Shown here one piece after another: positions 23,810 to 37,454 of a DNA stretch of 64,000 nucleotides (position 1 is its first letter; each line of letters begins with the position of its first letter). The DNA is from Octopus bimaculoides. Lineage: Eukaryota. The notes under the pieces are model-generated. The model did no database searches. It worked only from the letters and a program-made list of their open reading frames with translations, and had not been told where the DNA came from. Location: NCBI RefSeq assembly GCF_001194135.2, contig NC_069006.1, forward strand, positions 7,046,066 through 7,110,065, in the 5' to 3' direction. The position numbers were made by a program, and so were the translations under genes.

Positions 23810-24029
23810 CTAAAGGTCGTCTTCTAAAAACAAAAAATGTATACAAGTGGTAACCAAAAACGATTTGTCCGTCCGATTCAGGTTGGCGAAAAGCAGTATT
23901 TCTTTCCCCCCTAACGCCTCTGGAGCCCCCGACATAAAAATGTTGAGGGGAGGGGACTTGAAACAATCTGGCGGGAAATATCATTAATAACAACAACAAC
24001 AACACTAATGACATTATTATTATTATTAT

Positions 24030-24362
24030 TAAATTATCAATAAATATAATATTCTATAAATAAATAAATGAAATATAAGATTTAAAAGTTAAGGTATGTA
24101 TAATATAAATGCATTAAATTATACATATATGTACATGTGTATATAGGTGTATACATACATGCATACTTACAGATATTACATGCATACAGAAATATATACT
24201 GTAAAGATGCATACATGTATACACATGCATACATAAATGTGTGCATATATATAAATAATATATATATATATACAGTGTATATATAATGTATATATACACA
24301 GGAATTAAACACGCAAGTGAGATAATGCTGAGCTGTGTTATTTTTTTGTTTGGGATACAACA

Positions 24363-24416
<54 letters not shown>

Positions 24417-24440
24417 CTCCACATATATATTTATATATAC

Positions 24441-24482
<42 letters not shown>

Positions 24483-24700
24483 GTCAAAAATTTCAAACAA
24501 TGCTACATGGTAAAGGGGAAAGGACAGCATGTAGGTAATAATAATAATAATAATAATCATTCAAATAACATACAATAAAGCATTCATATTGAAATGTAGG
24601 TATAAAACAGAAATTAAACATCCAATCTACCTATATACATACATGGCAGAGATATATATATTATTATTATTATTATTATATATATATGTAATGTCTGTAT
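24030..24700. repeat. (TA)n / (TACA)n / (AAT)n low-complexity block
   Basis: Direct inspection; source of the YIYIYI ORFs. Confidence 0.9.
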
Positions 24701-26025
24701 ACATACACACATGAGGAGGGCAAGTAGCTCAGTCGACACAGTGTAGAGAGAGAAAGAGAGAATGATGGTGATGATGATCACACTGGCTAGCTAGCTAGCT
24801 GCTCATGGCGGTAGTAAAATAACAGTAGAAGTATTATAAACGGCGGCGGTGAGAGAGGAAGGAAGGAAGGGAAAGATAACGAGAGAGAGAGAGAGTGAGA
24901 CATGGTGGGGGGAAAATATTAGTGTGGTTGAAGCAGAACACACACGCTCAAAAAGAGAAAAGAGAGCTGGCCTAGTAAGGATAATATAGTAGTTAGTCGA
25001 GGGACAAGTTTAGTCGCCATTTCTCCTCACTACTAGACAACAGAGAGAGAGAGAGCCAGGAAATAAATACATAAACAGAAGAATTCATGTTAATATTTTG
25101 CTGTTGTTTCTCATATTTACGAAAATCGTGCAAGTAATATAAAAAAAACAGTTGGTTATCAAAACAATAAAGAAAAACTAGACCTTTTTTATATATGTAT
25201 ATATATATTTTTGTGAATGTAGCAACCGATTTAAATTTAAACAACGGACAATAAATAACACATTTATAGATTCCTACATGTTAAGAAATACTTTTGCAAT
25301 CGTTGAAAGACAAAACAATACATTCTAAAATTACATTATTATGCATGAAAAAACAATTTTAAACAGAATCCCACATGTTACAAAATGGATACTTTTACTG
25401 CTGTTTCGACAAATAAAATATAAAAGCAAAAATAAGGGGAAACTTGTACAATACATTAAAATATATTATTGCTATTATCAGCTCCCGCCCTCATGAAAAC
25501 AATACATGAAAAATTTTGCAACTGAAATTCCCACATGTGGCAAGATTATAATTTAAGTATTGTCTAAACAAAATATATAAAGCATACTACAAAATTCCAA
25601 ATAACTGTACAAAATGTATTAACTATTGCTTATACGCATAATGCAATGCAAATTACCTCATATAATACACATGTAATATCAGCGACCATGAGCAAGGAAA
25701 GACAGCCATGCATACACTCCTACATGTGGCAACAATATTTCGCAATGACTAACATCAGATTTTTTTTTAATGAATTTAATTCTAAAAATTAAAAAAAAAT
25801 TAATGTTCCCTAATTATTATTATTAAATAATCATATATTTATTTGTTTTATGTGAAGATAAACGGGCAAATAAAATAAAATTTAAAAAAAAAAAAAAAAG
25901 TTTGTTCGAGCCGAATTTTTTGAGTGTGTTGCGTAAAATACGAAGTTAGCCACACTAGCGTCAACAGGCAGCTTGGACTAATTTTAAAAACCAAGCACAA
26001 AGTACACGACACGACCCATTTATAA

Positions 26026-26062
<37 letters not shown>

Positions 26063-26082
26063 CATATCTTGTAGTATATGTC

Positions 26083-26122
<40 letters not shown>

Positions 26123-26291
26123 NNNNNNNNNNNNNNNNNNNNNNNNNNNNNNNNNNNNNNNNNNNNNNNNNNNNNNNNNNNNNNNNNNNNNNNNNNNNNN
26201 NNNNNNNNNNNNNNNNNNNNNNNNNNNNNNNNNNNNNNNNNTACATAGACATATATATACATTTTGTTTACAAATATACAGATACACACAC

Positions 26292-26336
<45 letters not shown>

Positions 26337-27050
26337 ATATCCCGTGAACCTGGAGATAAAAAAAAACTGCTGCACACCAAACGAAAACCAAGCGAAACTA
26401 TATTTTACTGTGGGGAAAAATAAGTTTTAAAAGTACATATTTGTTGATATGAAAATATCGGTGAACTTAGTTTAACGATGAATGTTAAACATGGAGGATA
26501 ATGGAGGAAGAGATAGAGAGAAATAGAAGGAGGAGGAAGAATTAGAGATGGGGCAGGAGGAGATGTATAGAAGGAAGGAAGAAAGGAAAGAGAGAAAAAT
26601 GGAGGAAGAGAGAGGAAGCAATGACTGAGACACAGAAGAGGAAAAATAGGCCAGGAATTCACTGAGTACAAGAGGGACATTTTGGAGTAGATAGAGAGAA
26701 AGACTAAGGAGAAGTAATATAATAATAATAATAATAAATAACCACAAGTAGCAGGAGAGAAGAAAAAATAAAATAAAGACTACATACATCTCGACATGTA
26801 GGCTTTCCATTAAAGACAAAAATAGAGAGAAGGAGGGAGGAAGAATTGATTTTTATTTTGGGAAATAAAAAGAACAGTAAAAATAATATAAATTATTTAA
26901 GTATGGAATTTCCGGGCTTTATTAAACGTCAGACTGGTGGATTTCTTTCTTGTTTTTTTTTTGTGCTAACGACGACACTAGGCTACTTTTCGATCGGCCA
27001 GTTGTCTGATAATTCTTCATAGGTATATATATATTAGATACATACACACA

Positions 27051-27107
<57 letters not shown>

Positions 27108-28503
27108 AGAGAGATACATAGATATATGTGTGTGTGTGTATATATGTATATAGTATGTTTACGTGGTGGAATCAATTTGTTTCATTAAACACCTTCAAGG
27201 TGGTGCCCCAGCATGGCCGCAGTCTAATGATTGACAAACAACTAAAATATAAAAGATGTGTGTATATAAATATATATGTGTGTGAATGTATATGCATTTA
27301 TCTTTTTATCTTTCATTGTTTCAGTCATGCTGGAGTACCGTCCTAGAGAATTTCTAGTCGAACGAATCGACCCCAGGGCTTTTTTTTTTTTCTTTTAAAG
27401 CCTGGTAGTTACTTTGTCGGTTTCTTTTGCCGAACGTCGCTCGAATGAACATATACAAAGCAAAATGAAATGAAATACAATCAGTTCTATTGATGGAATG
27501 AATCATCAGCTCTGTAACTCTACAATAGTGTATTGAGTACTCTTTCTTCCCATTATGAGACACACACACACACACACANNNNNNNNNNNNNNNNNNNNNN
27601 NNNNNNNNNNNNNNNNNNNNNNNNNNNNNNNNNNNNNNNNNNNNNNNNNNNNNNNNNNNNNNNNNNNNNNNNNNNNNNNNNNNNNNNNNNNNNNNNNNNN
27701 NNNNNNNNNNNNNNNNNNNNNNNNNNNNNNNNNNNNNNNNNNNNNNNNNNNNNNNNNNNNNNNNNNNNNNNNNNNNNNNNNNNNNNNNNNNNNNNNNNNN
27801 NNNNNNNNNNNNNNNNNNNNNNNNNNNNNNNNNNNNNNNNNNNNNNNNNNNNNNNNNNNNNNNNNNNNNNNNNNNNNNNNNNNNNNNNNNNNNNNNNGGA
27901 TTCCGTAAAAAAATTAATAAATAAGGGGGGGGGGAAGGTTCAGATTACATATAGTCCATCTCTACCTGAAATACAATCAGTTCTATTGATGGAATGAATC
28001 ATCAGCTCTGTAACTCTACAATAGTGTATTGAGTACTCTTTCTTCCCATTATGAGACACACACACACACACACACATATGTATATATGAATAGAGATATA
28101 ATTATATGTATATATTGATGTACGTTGAAGTTTAAATTTCAGGTATTTTTTGTTCTTTCACCGGTTTCAGTCATTTTTCTGCGGCCATACTGGAGCGCGT
28201 TAGATATTAACAAAAAAAAAACAATTTGCCTCTGTCTCACACAAAATATTTTAAATCCTTGAATTATTTTATTTTAAAAGCGAATAAAAAATAAACAATT
28301 CAGAAGTTTCAACACACACACACACAGTCCAACAAATGGTTATTTTGGTAGGTGTCAAAAGATTTTTACACAAAAGTAGGTAGTGATGTCGATCACTTTC
28401 CTGAAAACAATAATTAGCATTTATAATAATTGATTTCCTAAAAAAAATTGATTAAATTTTTTTTTAAATAGCTTTTTTGTTTGTTTTTTCTTTCGAAATG
28501 AAG

Positions 28504-28600
28504 CAAAAATTGAATGAGGACAGGGACCGGGTCGTATCTGAGGGTGGATGAACTCATTACAGAACAAAGAGTACAACTATGACGAGGAGGAAGAAAAGGT
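28504..28600 (+). CDS. Candidate exon with ATG, MNSLQNKEYNYDEEEEK
   Basis: GC-richer island in very AT-rich flanks, upstream T-tract, ATG at 28548, donor GGT|gtaaga; no downstream partner exon found. Confidence 0.25.
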
Positions 28601-29814
28601 GTAAGATGATGATAGTTTTGTTAACTTAGAACAAGAAATAGATAAGTCCCAGACCACAAGATATTCTGGACAAACAAATTGTCAAAAGTTGAATTATTAT
28701 CATTAGGGGGGAAAATGCCCATAATTGAATGAATGCAAGAGACAGCGAGGGTGTCCCTATGTGGTACCGCGAGATGCTAAATATAGCAACTAAACCGGCT
28801 TTTAATTTCAGTGTCACCTAAGAAAAGAAGGACTAGTTGGATAATGTAGTTTTAGGGGCAGAACGACAGAATGGATGGATTTCACAGTGATAGGTCCACC
28901 TCGTCAGTATTGACCTGGGGTAAAACACTAACACCATTAATAATAATAATACTGAAAACAATAAGTGCTAATGAGATAGATATCAAATACACATTAATGT
29001 TATATGCACGTGTGCGTATGTATGTCTTGTTTATATGTAAATATATGTCACGTCTGTATGTGTGTATATATAACACCCTTGAGAACACACTTACCCTCAC
29101 ACAATTATAATTACACTTCCATCCTTATTTATAATTATTATCATCAATCACAACACCCAGACACTTCAAAATAAATATTGCAAACGTTTAATAAGCACTT
29201 AATATCCTTTGCAATTTTACCGAAATCATCATTACGAGATATATTTTCGTAAATTTATATATCTCTCCTGAATATACATTCCAGTGACTAACATGTGTGA
29301 CTAGATACACACAATAGTTCTATACTAATGTTTGTCTAAGTTAACTCTGACTAATAAAGTCATTATTATGTTATAAATAAATCTATATGACCGACATAAC
29401 CAAAAGGCGCACCCGTTCTAAGACTATTAAATATTATGTATGCAAATATATATATATGTATATATAATGTTGTATCTTTCCCTCTTAGCTCTTTAAATCC
29501 CACCCTGGGATTCAACTATTTTTTGACACATGTAGAAATACCAGTAATATATTTAGAACACTATCTGCCCTCGATAACACACACACAACTTGTCCTACAA
29601 AGAATGTTAATCATCAATTTTTTGTCTAGAGACACTGAAGGGAAAGCTTAATATTACGAAGCATTCAAAAGGTGTGTGTGACGAGGAAAGGCGAGGAACA
29701 ACAATATCATTTTGAATTAAATAATATATCAAATTAAATTAAAATCAGTTAATGAGTGGTAGGAGAAAGCAGGGAACCGCGTGTATTATTGGAGTATCAC
29801 GAGCAGGAGAGTAG

Positions 29815-30150
29815 TATAAAAAGAGCCTGAAAAGGGTCGGGCTGTGGCAGTTTTTGCGGTCGGGGCTCCTATCTGGGATTAGGGAGCCCCAAGTCCCTTC
29901 GTTTCTCTAATACCACATGTATTGAAAGACAGTACGTTGTTATTCGAAGGCTTTTTCTAACGGGTTTAGCGATCCCGTGCTTTTGTTATCGGGTGCTTAG
30001 ATCCCGGTTTGGCTCTGATCAAGTACACACACCTATGCTGAAAACGCATCCCACCTGAGAAAAACACCATCTAATATCCAGGAAAATGCAGTTCGGGATT
30101 AGGAGTTAAGATGGGATTAATGGCAGCGCGTATCGATCATATATGATCCA
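29815..30150 (+). promoter_or_regulatory. Candidate core promoter/enhancer: TATAAAAAG, Inr-like GCAGTT, GC hairpin, three GGGATTA sites
   Basis: TATAAA at 29815, gcagtt at 29847, ggggctcc...ggagcccc stem at 29862-29890, gggatta near 29875, 30096 and 30114. Confidence 0.35.
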
Positions 30151-30910
30151 TTGTAAGGTCCTTTTTTTTCTCAACCCGAAAACAGTGTTGCACTGCCTTT
30201 GGTAGCAAATAGAGCAGCTACGAGGGGTACCCATCCAGCGCACATTATATATAATAAAGAAGTATGTGTGTATATATATATATATAGAGACACACACCAA
30301 GTACTTTAAAGTTACCAGTGGTTAATGAGTAATCAAATACTCATACAGATTGTGTGTATAAACACAATAACAAGTCTAATAAGGTGTAGTAGATATTATT
30401 AGTACATTCTAAGTATGTAGAAACCGGTATCGCTAAGTAAAAATAGCACAACTCTTTATATATATATACACCAGTTACTCCTGGTACCCTCCTCTCACTC
30501 CCACCACCTCTTTCTACTGTGCGTGTGTATATATTGATAGATAGATATAGACAGTCGGGTGGATAGATGTGTACCTTGCGATATGAGCAGAGAGAAAGCA
30601 AAAGAAAATGAAGTTAAATAATAAACAAATTTAAATGTAAATTCTTCAGAAAATGCGGGTATATATACTATGTAACACCATATATATGTACGTGTGTACG
30701 TATGCGAGTGTGTGTGTGTGTGTGTGTATATATACGAAAGAATGCATTTATATATATATATACATATATATATTAGTCCAGGTATTTGCAAATGTACTTG
30801 ATTTTTGCTTTAGGACTTATCTCCATAAATTATATATATATATAGTGCATCAGTTGTATTGAAAAATACCATCGAGTCTAGCATCGCCGACAACCAGTGC
30901 ATTCATTTAT

Positions 30911-30943
<33 letters not shown>

Positions 30944-30949
30944 TATATA

Positions 30950-31396
30950 TACACACTGTATGGCTGACTGGAGTGAGTGTATGAAGATATACGTGTATGG
31001 GCGCTATGTAGAAATGTGTGTGTGCTGTCTATACATGTATGTGTACGTGTAGGTCTGTGCGAGTGTACTGTCTATATATATATGTATATATATGTGTGTG
31101 TGTGTGTGTGTTGTATATATATATATTTGTGTACTAGACTTTCTCTACATGTTTGCATGAATGAAAGTGAGCGGCGTCGTGTATAATATGCATAAATAGG
31201 TGTATATGAATGCATTTACATGCGTATGATAACTGTATATACGTGTGTGTAGAAATGACATTGAGTGGATGCATGCGTGCGTACACCGTAGGAGAGAATG
31301 CGGGTGCATATACGTGTACACCGTGTTTAAACATGAATTTGGGTATGTGTGTATATGCGTGAGTACATGAAATTCTGTGCGTGAAAGAGTCGGGTA

Positions 31397-31442
<46 letters not shown>

Positions 31443-31720
31443 GCGGGTTTAAACGTATTTGTGAATGTGTGCATGTGGATATGTGTGTACGTGTGTATAG
31501 ATGGGAAGAGAGAGTGCGGGTGTGTATGTGTGTGCAGCATGTTTAAATATGTATTTAAACACGAGTGTGTGTGTCTGTGTGTTAGTCAAAACACCAACAA
31601 CTCTTTCATACATGAAGCTATCCATATTATACATTCATTCTCCCACATGTGTGTGCTCCCGTGCATGTGTTTACATGTGGCTCTTGTCTAACATGTATAT
31701 ATATATATATATATATTTAG
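30950..31720. repeat. Degenerate (TG)n/(TA)n low-complexity block
   Basis: Direct inspection. Confidence 0.85.
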
Positions 31721-31949
31721 GTGGTGGTGGTGGGAGTGAAGTTGCCACCGTTTCTATTGTTGCCCTGCTTCATATTCAGCAACGACCCAGATGACCTAGA
31801 AGCAAATAACCGAACGGATTCCAGCCGTGACCATCACATCGATGTTTTCTTTTCCGTATTTTTTTTTATCCTTCAAGCCACTAAACTACATTATGAAATG
31901 TTTGCTTTCTTTTTTTCTTTCGTTTGCTTCGAAGACGCTCGGCCAGGCG

Positions 31950-32096
31950 ACCTTTTCATAAGAACGGGCCGCATGAAACGGGGGAACGAGGTGCATTCGA
32001 CATGATACGGGCCACACTACTTAAAACAAATATTCCAACATAGTTTTTCGGGCCGCATGTGGCCCGGCCCGGCCCGCAAGCCGCTGTAGGTTGTTC
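31950..32096. mobile_element. hAT-type non-autonomous element end, running into the N-gap
   Basis: Repeated gggccgcatg / gggccac / ggcccg subterminal motifs typical of hAT MITEs. Confidence 0.55.
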
Positions 32097-33149
32097 NNNN
32101 NNNNNNNNNNNNNNNNNNNNNNNNNNNNNNNNNNNNNNNNNNNNNNNNNNNNNNNNNNNNNNNNNNNNNNNNNNNNNNNNNNNNNNNNNNNNNNNNNNNN
32201 NNNNNNNNNNNNNNNNNNNNNNNNNNNNNNNNNNNNNNNNNNNNNNNNNNNNNNNNNNNNNNNNNNNNNNNNNNNNNNNNNNNNNNNNNNNNNNNNNNNN
32301 NNNNNNNNNNNNNNNNNNNNNNNNNNNNNNNNNNNNNNNNNNNNNNNNNNNNNNNNNNNNNNNNNNNNNNNNNNNNNNNNNNNNNNNNNNNNNNNNNNNN
32401 NNNNNNNNNNNNNNNNNNNNNNNNNNNNNNNNNNNNNNNNNNNNNNNNNNNNNNNNNNNNNNNNNNNNNNNNNNNNNNNNNNNNNNNNNNNNNNNNNNNN
32501 NNNNNNNNNNNNNNNNNNNNNNNNNNNNNNNNNNNNNNNNNNNNNNNNNNNNNNNNNNNNNNNNNNNNNNNNNNNNNNNNNNNNNNNNNNNNNNNNNNNN
32601 NNNNNNNNNNNNNNNNNNNNNNNNNNNNNNNNNNNNNNNNNNNNNNNNNNNNNNNNNNNNNNNNNNNNNNNNNNNNNNNNNNNNNNNNNNNNNNNNNNNN
32701 NNNNNNNNNNNNNNNNNNNNNNNNNNNNNNNNNNNNNNNNNNNNNNNNNNNNNNNNNNNNNNNNNNNNNNNNNNNNNNNNNNNNNNNNNNNNNNNNNNNN
32801 NNNNNNNNNNNNNNNNNNNNNNNNNNNNNNNNNNNNNNNGAATGGTAGGAGGAAAGAGTATAGCAAGAGGGGGAGGAAATACCCTCGAAAAAATTAAAAC
32901 TCGCGGAAGTTAAACCCTCCCCCCACCTATACTAGTATACCTCCCCCTCCCCTTTTTTTATTTTATTTTTGCCTTTATTTATTTCCTCAGACGTCCTACT
33001 AAAGACAAGTTTCTCTCTCCACCTCCAGATTATATATATATATATATATATATATACTTTTGTGTGTGTATATATACATAGGTAAATACATACTTATATG
33101 TCATTTATATATATATATATATGGGGAGTGCCACGTGTGAGTGAAGTGT

Positions 33150-33830
33150 ACAATACATTGAGCACGACTGTGAATATGGAGGAAGAGGTCAGAATAAAGT
33201 CGGTGAAGTCACAGAGAGCGAGAAACGGAGAGGAATATAGAAAAAGACTGAGTGGGAAATAGAGAGAAGAGAAAGGGTAGAGAAACAGAGAGAGGGAGGA
33301 TGGGGAGTCAGAAACGAGGCGAAAACCACGGGAGAGGAAGAAAAGGAAATAAAGCTGAGAGCTCGAGCTAAACACGAGTAACGGGAGTAGAGAGACTGAG
33401 GTGGAGGGAGGGAGGATAGAGTTTGTGAGAGAGAGTGAGAGGGGGTGTGTGAAAGAAGAGTGTTAAGGAAAGTGGTGAGTACAGCTGAAGGGAGTAGAGG
33501 AGTAGGAAGTGGAGGAGGTAATGAGGAATAAGAGAGAGGGGAAGTGGGAAGTTAAAAAAAACAATGAATAAAAAAATAAATAAATAAACGGTGCTGGGCT
33601 AGCAACGCCAAGAGTAAATAAGGAGTAACCAACCAGAGAGAGAGAGAGAGGGGAAAGGTGATGAAGTGAGATGGGTGCAAACAAGAAGAGGAACAGGAGG
33701 AGGAGGAGCAGGAGTAAATACTAACAGTAATGATGAGGAAGAGGAGGAGGGGAGAAAGAAACGGGTTAAAAAGATTTGAAAGGGAGGAGATGGAAACTGT
33801 GAAGGAGTAGGAGGAGTATACGCAATTAGG
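33150..33830. repeat. Polypurine (GA-rich) tract; similar tracts at 26480-26860, 45410-45680, 47230-47560 (pyrimidine on plus) and 51560-51900
   Basis: Direct inspection; source of the F/S/L-rich minus-strand ORFs. Confidence 0.85.
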
Positions 33831-34609
33831 AGGAAAACGAATAATAAATAAAATAAAATAAATATATATGCTTATACACACACACACACACACACACATA
33901 TATGAATATATATGTATATATTTATAATATATATACTGTGTATGCATATACATGAGATAGGAAAAAGAAAAGCTTGCTTCAGTTGAGACTTCAAGTAAGA
34001 CACACAGACACATTGCAAGTACTTACATGACATCAACTACTGGAGGGAGTTCCGCGCGTAGACTTGCTAAATATACCACATGCATACACATATATATGAA
34101 TCTACACGTGTGCATCTATATACTCACACACATATATACATCTATATATGTGTAGGCCAACAAAATCAAATGGAAGTGGTCGTTTGACCTGCTAAAGGTA
34201 GCAGCCAAATTTTTTTTTTTTACAATATCACACTGCAATCCTATATAAAGGAAGGACACATTCAAAGATGGCCTATATCTCAAATATATATACTCGTAAT
34301 ATATATATATATATATATATATATTTGCAGTGTACACCTTATCGATATTGGAATGTTAATATGCTTGCAGGACTCAATAACTGAAAAGAGGACACATTCC
34401 ATCATGTTGTCCTAGATAGATTATGTCCCAAGATATATTCATTGCACCATATAATTGAATACCTTATTGATATAGGAATGTAATGTCATTGTAGCACTCA
34501 ATACCTGGTGATTGGACTTAATTAAAATATACGGACTGTTAGACAGGTAAATGTAATGTAAAACAACAAAACGTATATATATACAAATTCTAAATATATA
34601 TATTCTTTT

Positions 34610-35385
34610 ATTTGTTAAAGTCATTAGACTGCGGCCATGCTGGAGCACCGCCTTTAGTCGAACAAATCGACCCCAGGACTTATTTGTAAATCTAGCACTT
34701 ATTCTATCGATCTTTTTGTCGAACCGCTATGATACTTAGACGTAAACACATCATCATCGGTTGTCAAGCGATGTTGGGGAGGACAAACACATACACACAC
34801 ACACATATATATATATGAGGGCTTCTTTCGGTTTCCGTCTACCAAATCCACTCACAAGGCTTTGGTCGGCCTGAGGCTATAGTAGCAGTCACTTGCCCAA
34901 GGTGCCACTCTGGGACTGAACCCAGAACCATGTGGTTGGGAAGCAAGCTTCTTACCACAAAGCCACGCCTGCACCTATATATATATTTTATCTTGTTTCA
35001 GTCTGCAGCTATGCTGGCTGAATCCACCCCAGAACTTAGGTTTTTTTAAGCATGGTACCTATTCTATCAGTTTATTGCCAAACCACAAGGTTACGGGGAT
35101 GTAAACACACCAACACCAGTTGTCAACAGACAAAGACATATTCTCATACATACATATATATATGTCTTCATCTTTTGTTTTTTGTAAATTCCAACTATAT
35201 ATATATATATATATGATTGACTATATATACAACAAGCCTCTTTCAGTTTCCAGCTACCAAATCCACTCAAGGTTTTGGTTAGCCCAAGGCTATAGTAGAA
35301 GACACCTGCTCCAGGTGCCACACAGCGAGACTGAACCTAGAACCATTTGGTTGGGAAGCAAGCTTCTTACCACACAGCCATGCCT
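34610..35385 (-). mobile_element. Two tandem SINE family A copies
   Basis: Tail-to-head reverse complement twice (34610-34975 and a more diverged 34990-35385). Confidence 0.85.
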
Positions 35386-35394
35386 ATATATATA

Positions 35395-35586
35395 TAGTTG
35401 AAATTTACAGAAAAACAAAAGACAAAGACAGGTGTATAAACAACAAACAGGTGTATTAGTCTACCGTTTGACAGGGTGAGAAAATCTTTTATGCTTTGAG
35501 CCTACGCTCTTCAACAGAAAGGAACACAAGGAAATAAACAGAGAGAATAAAAAGACTTTTGGAGTTAGAAAACAAAATACAAAGAC

Positions 35587-35590
<4 letters not shown>
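35395..35590 (-). mobile_element. Probable Penelope-like terminal-repeat remnant with a decayed hammerhead-like motif
   Basis: Minus strand ccttt-CTGTTGA-a-GAGC-gtag-GCTC-aaagcata-aaag; family assignment is inference. Confidence 0.4.
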
Positions 35591-35626
<36 letters not shown>

Positions 35627-37152
35627 NNNNNNNNNNNNNNNNNNNNNNNNNNNNNNNNNNNNNNNNNNNNNNNNNNNNNNNNNNNNNNNNNNNNNNNNNN
35701 NNNNNNNNNNNNNNNNNNNNNNNNNNNNNNNNNNNNNNNNNNNNNNNNNNNNNNNNNNNNNNNNNNNNNNNNNNNNNNNNNNNNNNNNNNNNNNNNNNNN
35801 NNNNNNNNNNNNNNNNNNNNNNNNNNNNNNNNNNNNNNNNNNNNNNNNNNNNNNNNNNNNNNNNNNNNNNNNNNNNNNNNNNNNNNNNNNNNNNNNNNNN
35901 NNNNNNNNNNNNNNNNNNNNNNNNNNNNNNNNNNNNNNNNNNNNNNNNNNNNNNNNNNNNNNNNNNNNNNNNNNNNNNNNNNNNNNNNNNNNNNNNNNNN
36001 NNNNNNNNNNNNNNNNNNNNNNNNNNNNNNNNNNNNNNNNNNNNNNNNNNNNNNNNNNNNNNNNNNNNNNNNNNNNNNNNNNNNNNNNNNNNNNNNNNNN
36101 NNNNNNNNNNNNNNNNNNNNNNNNNNNNNNNNNNNNNNNNNNNNNNNNNNNNNNNNNNNNNNNNNNNNNNNNNNNNNNNNNNNNNNNNNNNNNNNNNNNN
36201 NNNNNNNNNNNNNNNNNNNNNNNNNNNNNNNNNNNNNNNNNNNNNNNNNNNNNNNNNNNNNNNNNNNNNNNNNNNNAATATTGTGTAAAAGGAAACAAAC
36301 GTATAAAAAGAATATTCATACAAAAACTTGATCAGTTCGCGTTTTAGTCACTGCCAGGTAGAGTTTAATTTGTTCGCTGAACACCGCTGTGAATTCACCT
36401 TTGTTTTTCAAAAATCCCCCTTAAATCACAAAATAAGGGGTTGAAATGTGCCCTATTTTTCAAATCCTGCAGCAACACTGAAGCTGGAAACAGGATAATA
36501 ATCTAATTCTATACTTTATCACATTCAAGAATATAAACACGTTTTTAAGCACAACACATGCAGAGTCAAAAAGAAACACTAAATTTCACCCGGCATTATC
36601 ATTCATGCAGTGCTCTCTCTACCTAGTGTGAAGCTTCCTATCTCAGACATGTGAACATGCGCACAACAGCCAAACACCGTGTCACTGGAACTGTGAAGCA
36701 CACAGTGCTGTACAAAGATTTTTGTATTTTTTCATAAATTAGGAGATGGCCACTGACATTAATTTTAATGATCATATAAAGTACAAGTGTAAAGAAAGAA
36801 TTAAAGAAAAAAAAGGACTCGTTATATTGAATGTTATCGATAATATCGAGTGGACAAAGGGGGTGCTGCCAGTTCCGCAGTTCCTATGCACGAGCCACCA
36901 CTGGGTTTGATACTTGTGAAAAATGGAAAAGTCTTTGGTATGTGTGTTTGTCTTTGTGTCTGTGTTTGTCCCCTACCACCGTTTGACAACCGGTGTTGGT
37001 ATGTTTACATCCCCATAACTTAGTCATTTGGCAAAAAAGACCGATAAAGTACCTGACTTTAAAAAAATGTTTACAGGGACACAAACACACCAACATTGAT
37101 TGTTAAGCAATGGGGGTGAACAAACACAGACTCAAAGACACGTACATATATA

Positions 37153-37189
<37 letters not shown>

Positions 37190-37454
37190 NNNNNNNNNNC
37201 AAAAAACACACAGGCCACATAGAGAACATATCCTTCATCAGCTGCCACCCTTATAACACAAGCGTTTCGAAGAGTTAATGAGCTTCTCTCATTTTCCATC
37301 TACAGAATCCACTGACAGGGCTACAGTAGAAGACACCTGCCAGAGGTGCCATATTGTGGAATTGAACCTAGAACCATATGTTTGGGAAGAAGTCCTACTA
37401 AATGTGTTGAGTGCTTCATTTTTGGTTTGTTCACTCACTCATGTGTGTGTGTGT

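Larger units (their letters stand above)
21300..34700. promoter_or_regulatory. CpG-retaining, SINE-A-poor domain (likely unmethylated promoter/regulatory or intergenic region)
   Basis: By eye, CpGs are frequent in unique sequence at 22.7-24.0, 25.9-27.0 and 29.75-30.25 kb and sparse in unique sequence at 1-21 kb; not computed. Confidence 0.5.

Noticed and set aside
24718-24750. tRNA A-box-like gtagctcagtcg
   Set aside because: No B-box or cloverleaf downstream
27470-28075. Identical about 105-bp segments on both sides of the 27579-27897 gap
   Set aside because: Exact duplication flanking a gap most likely reflects unmerged contig overlap, not a real tandem duplication
31780-31850. Candidate exon NDPDDLEANNRTDSSRDHHID, in phase with the 28.5 kb candidate
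   Set aside because: Contains attccagccgtgaccatc, the reverse complement of the family D SINE tail; a decayed repeat with no donor
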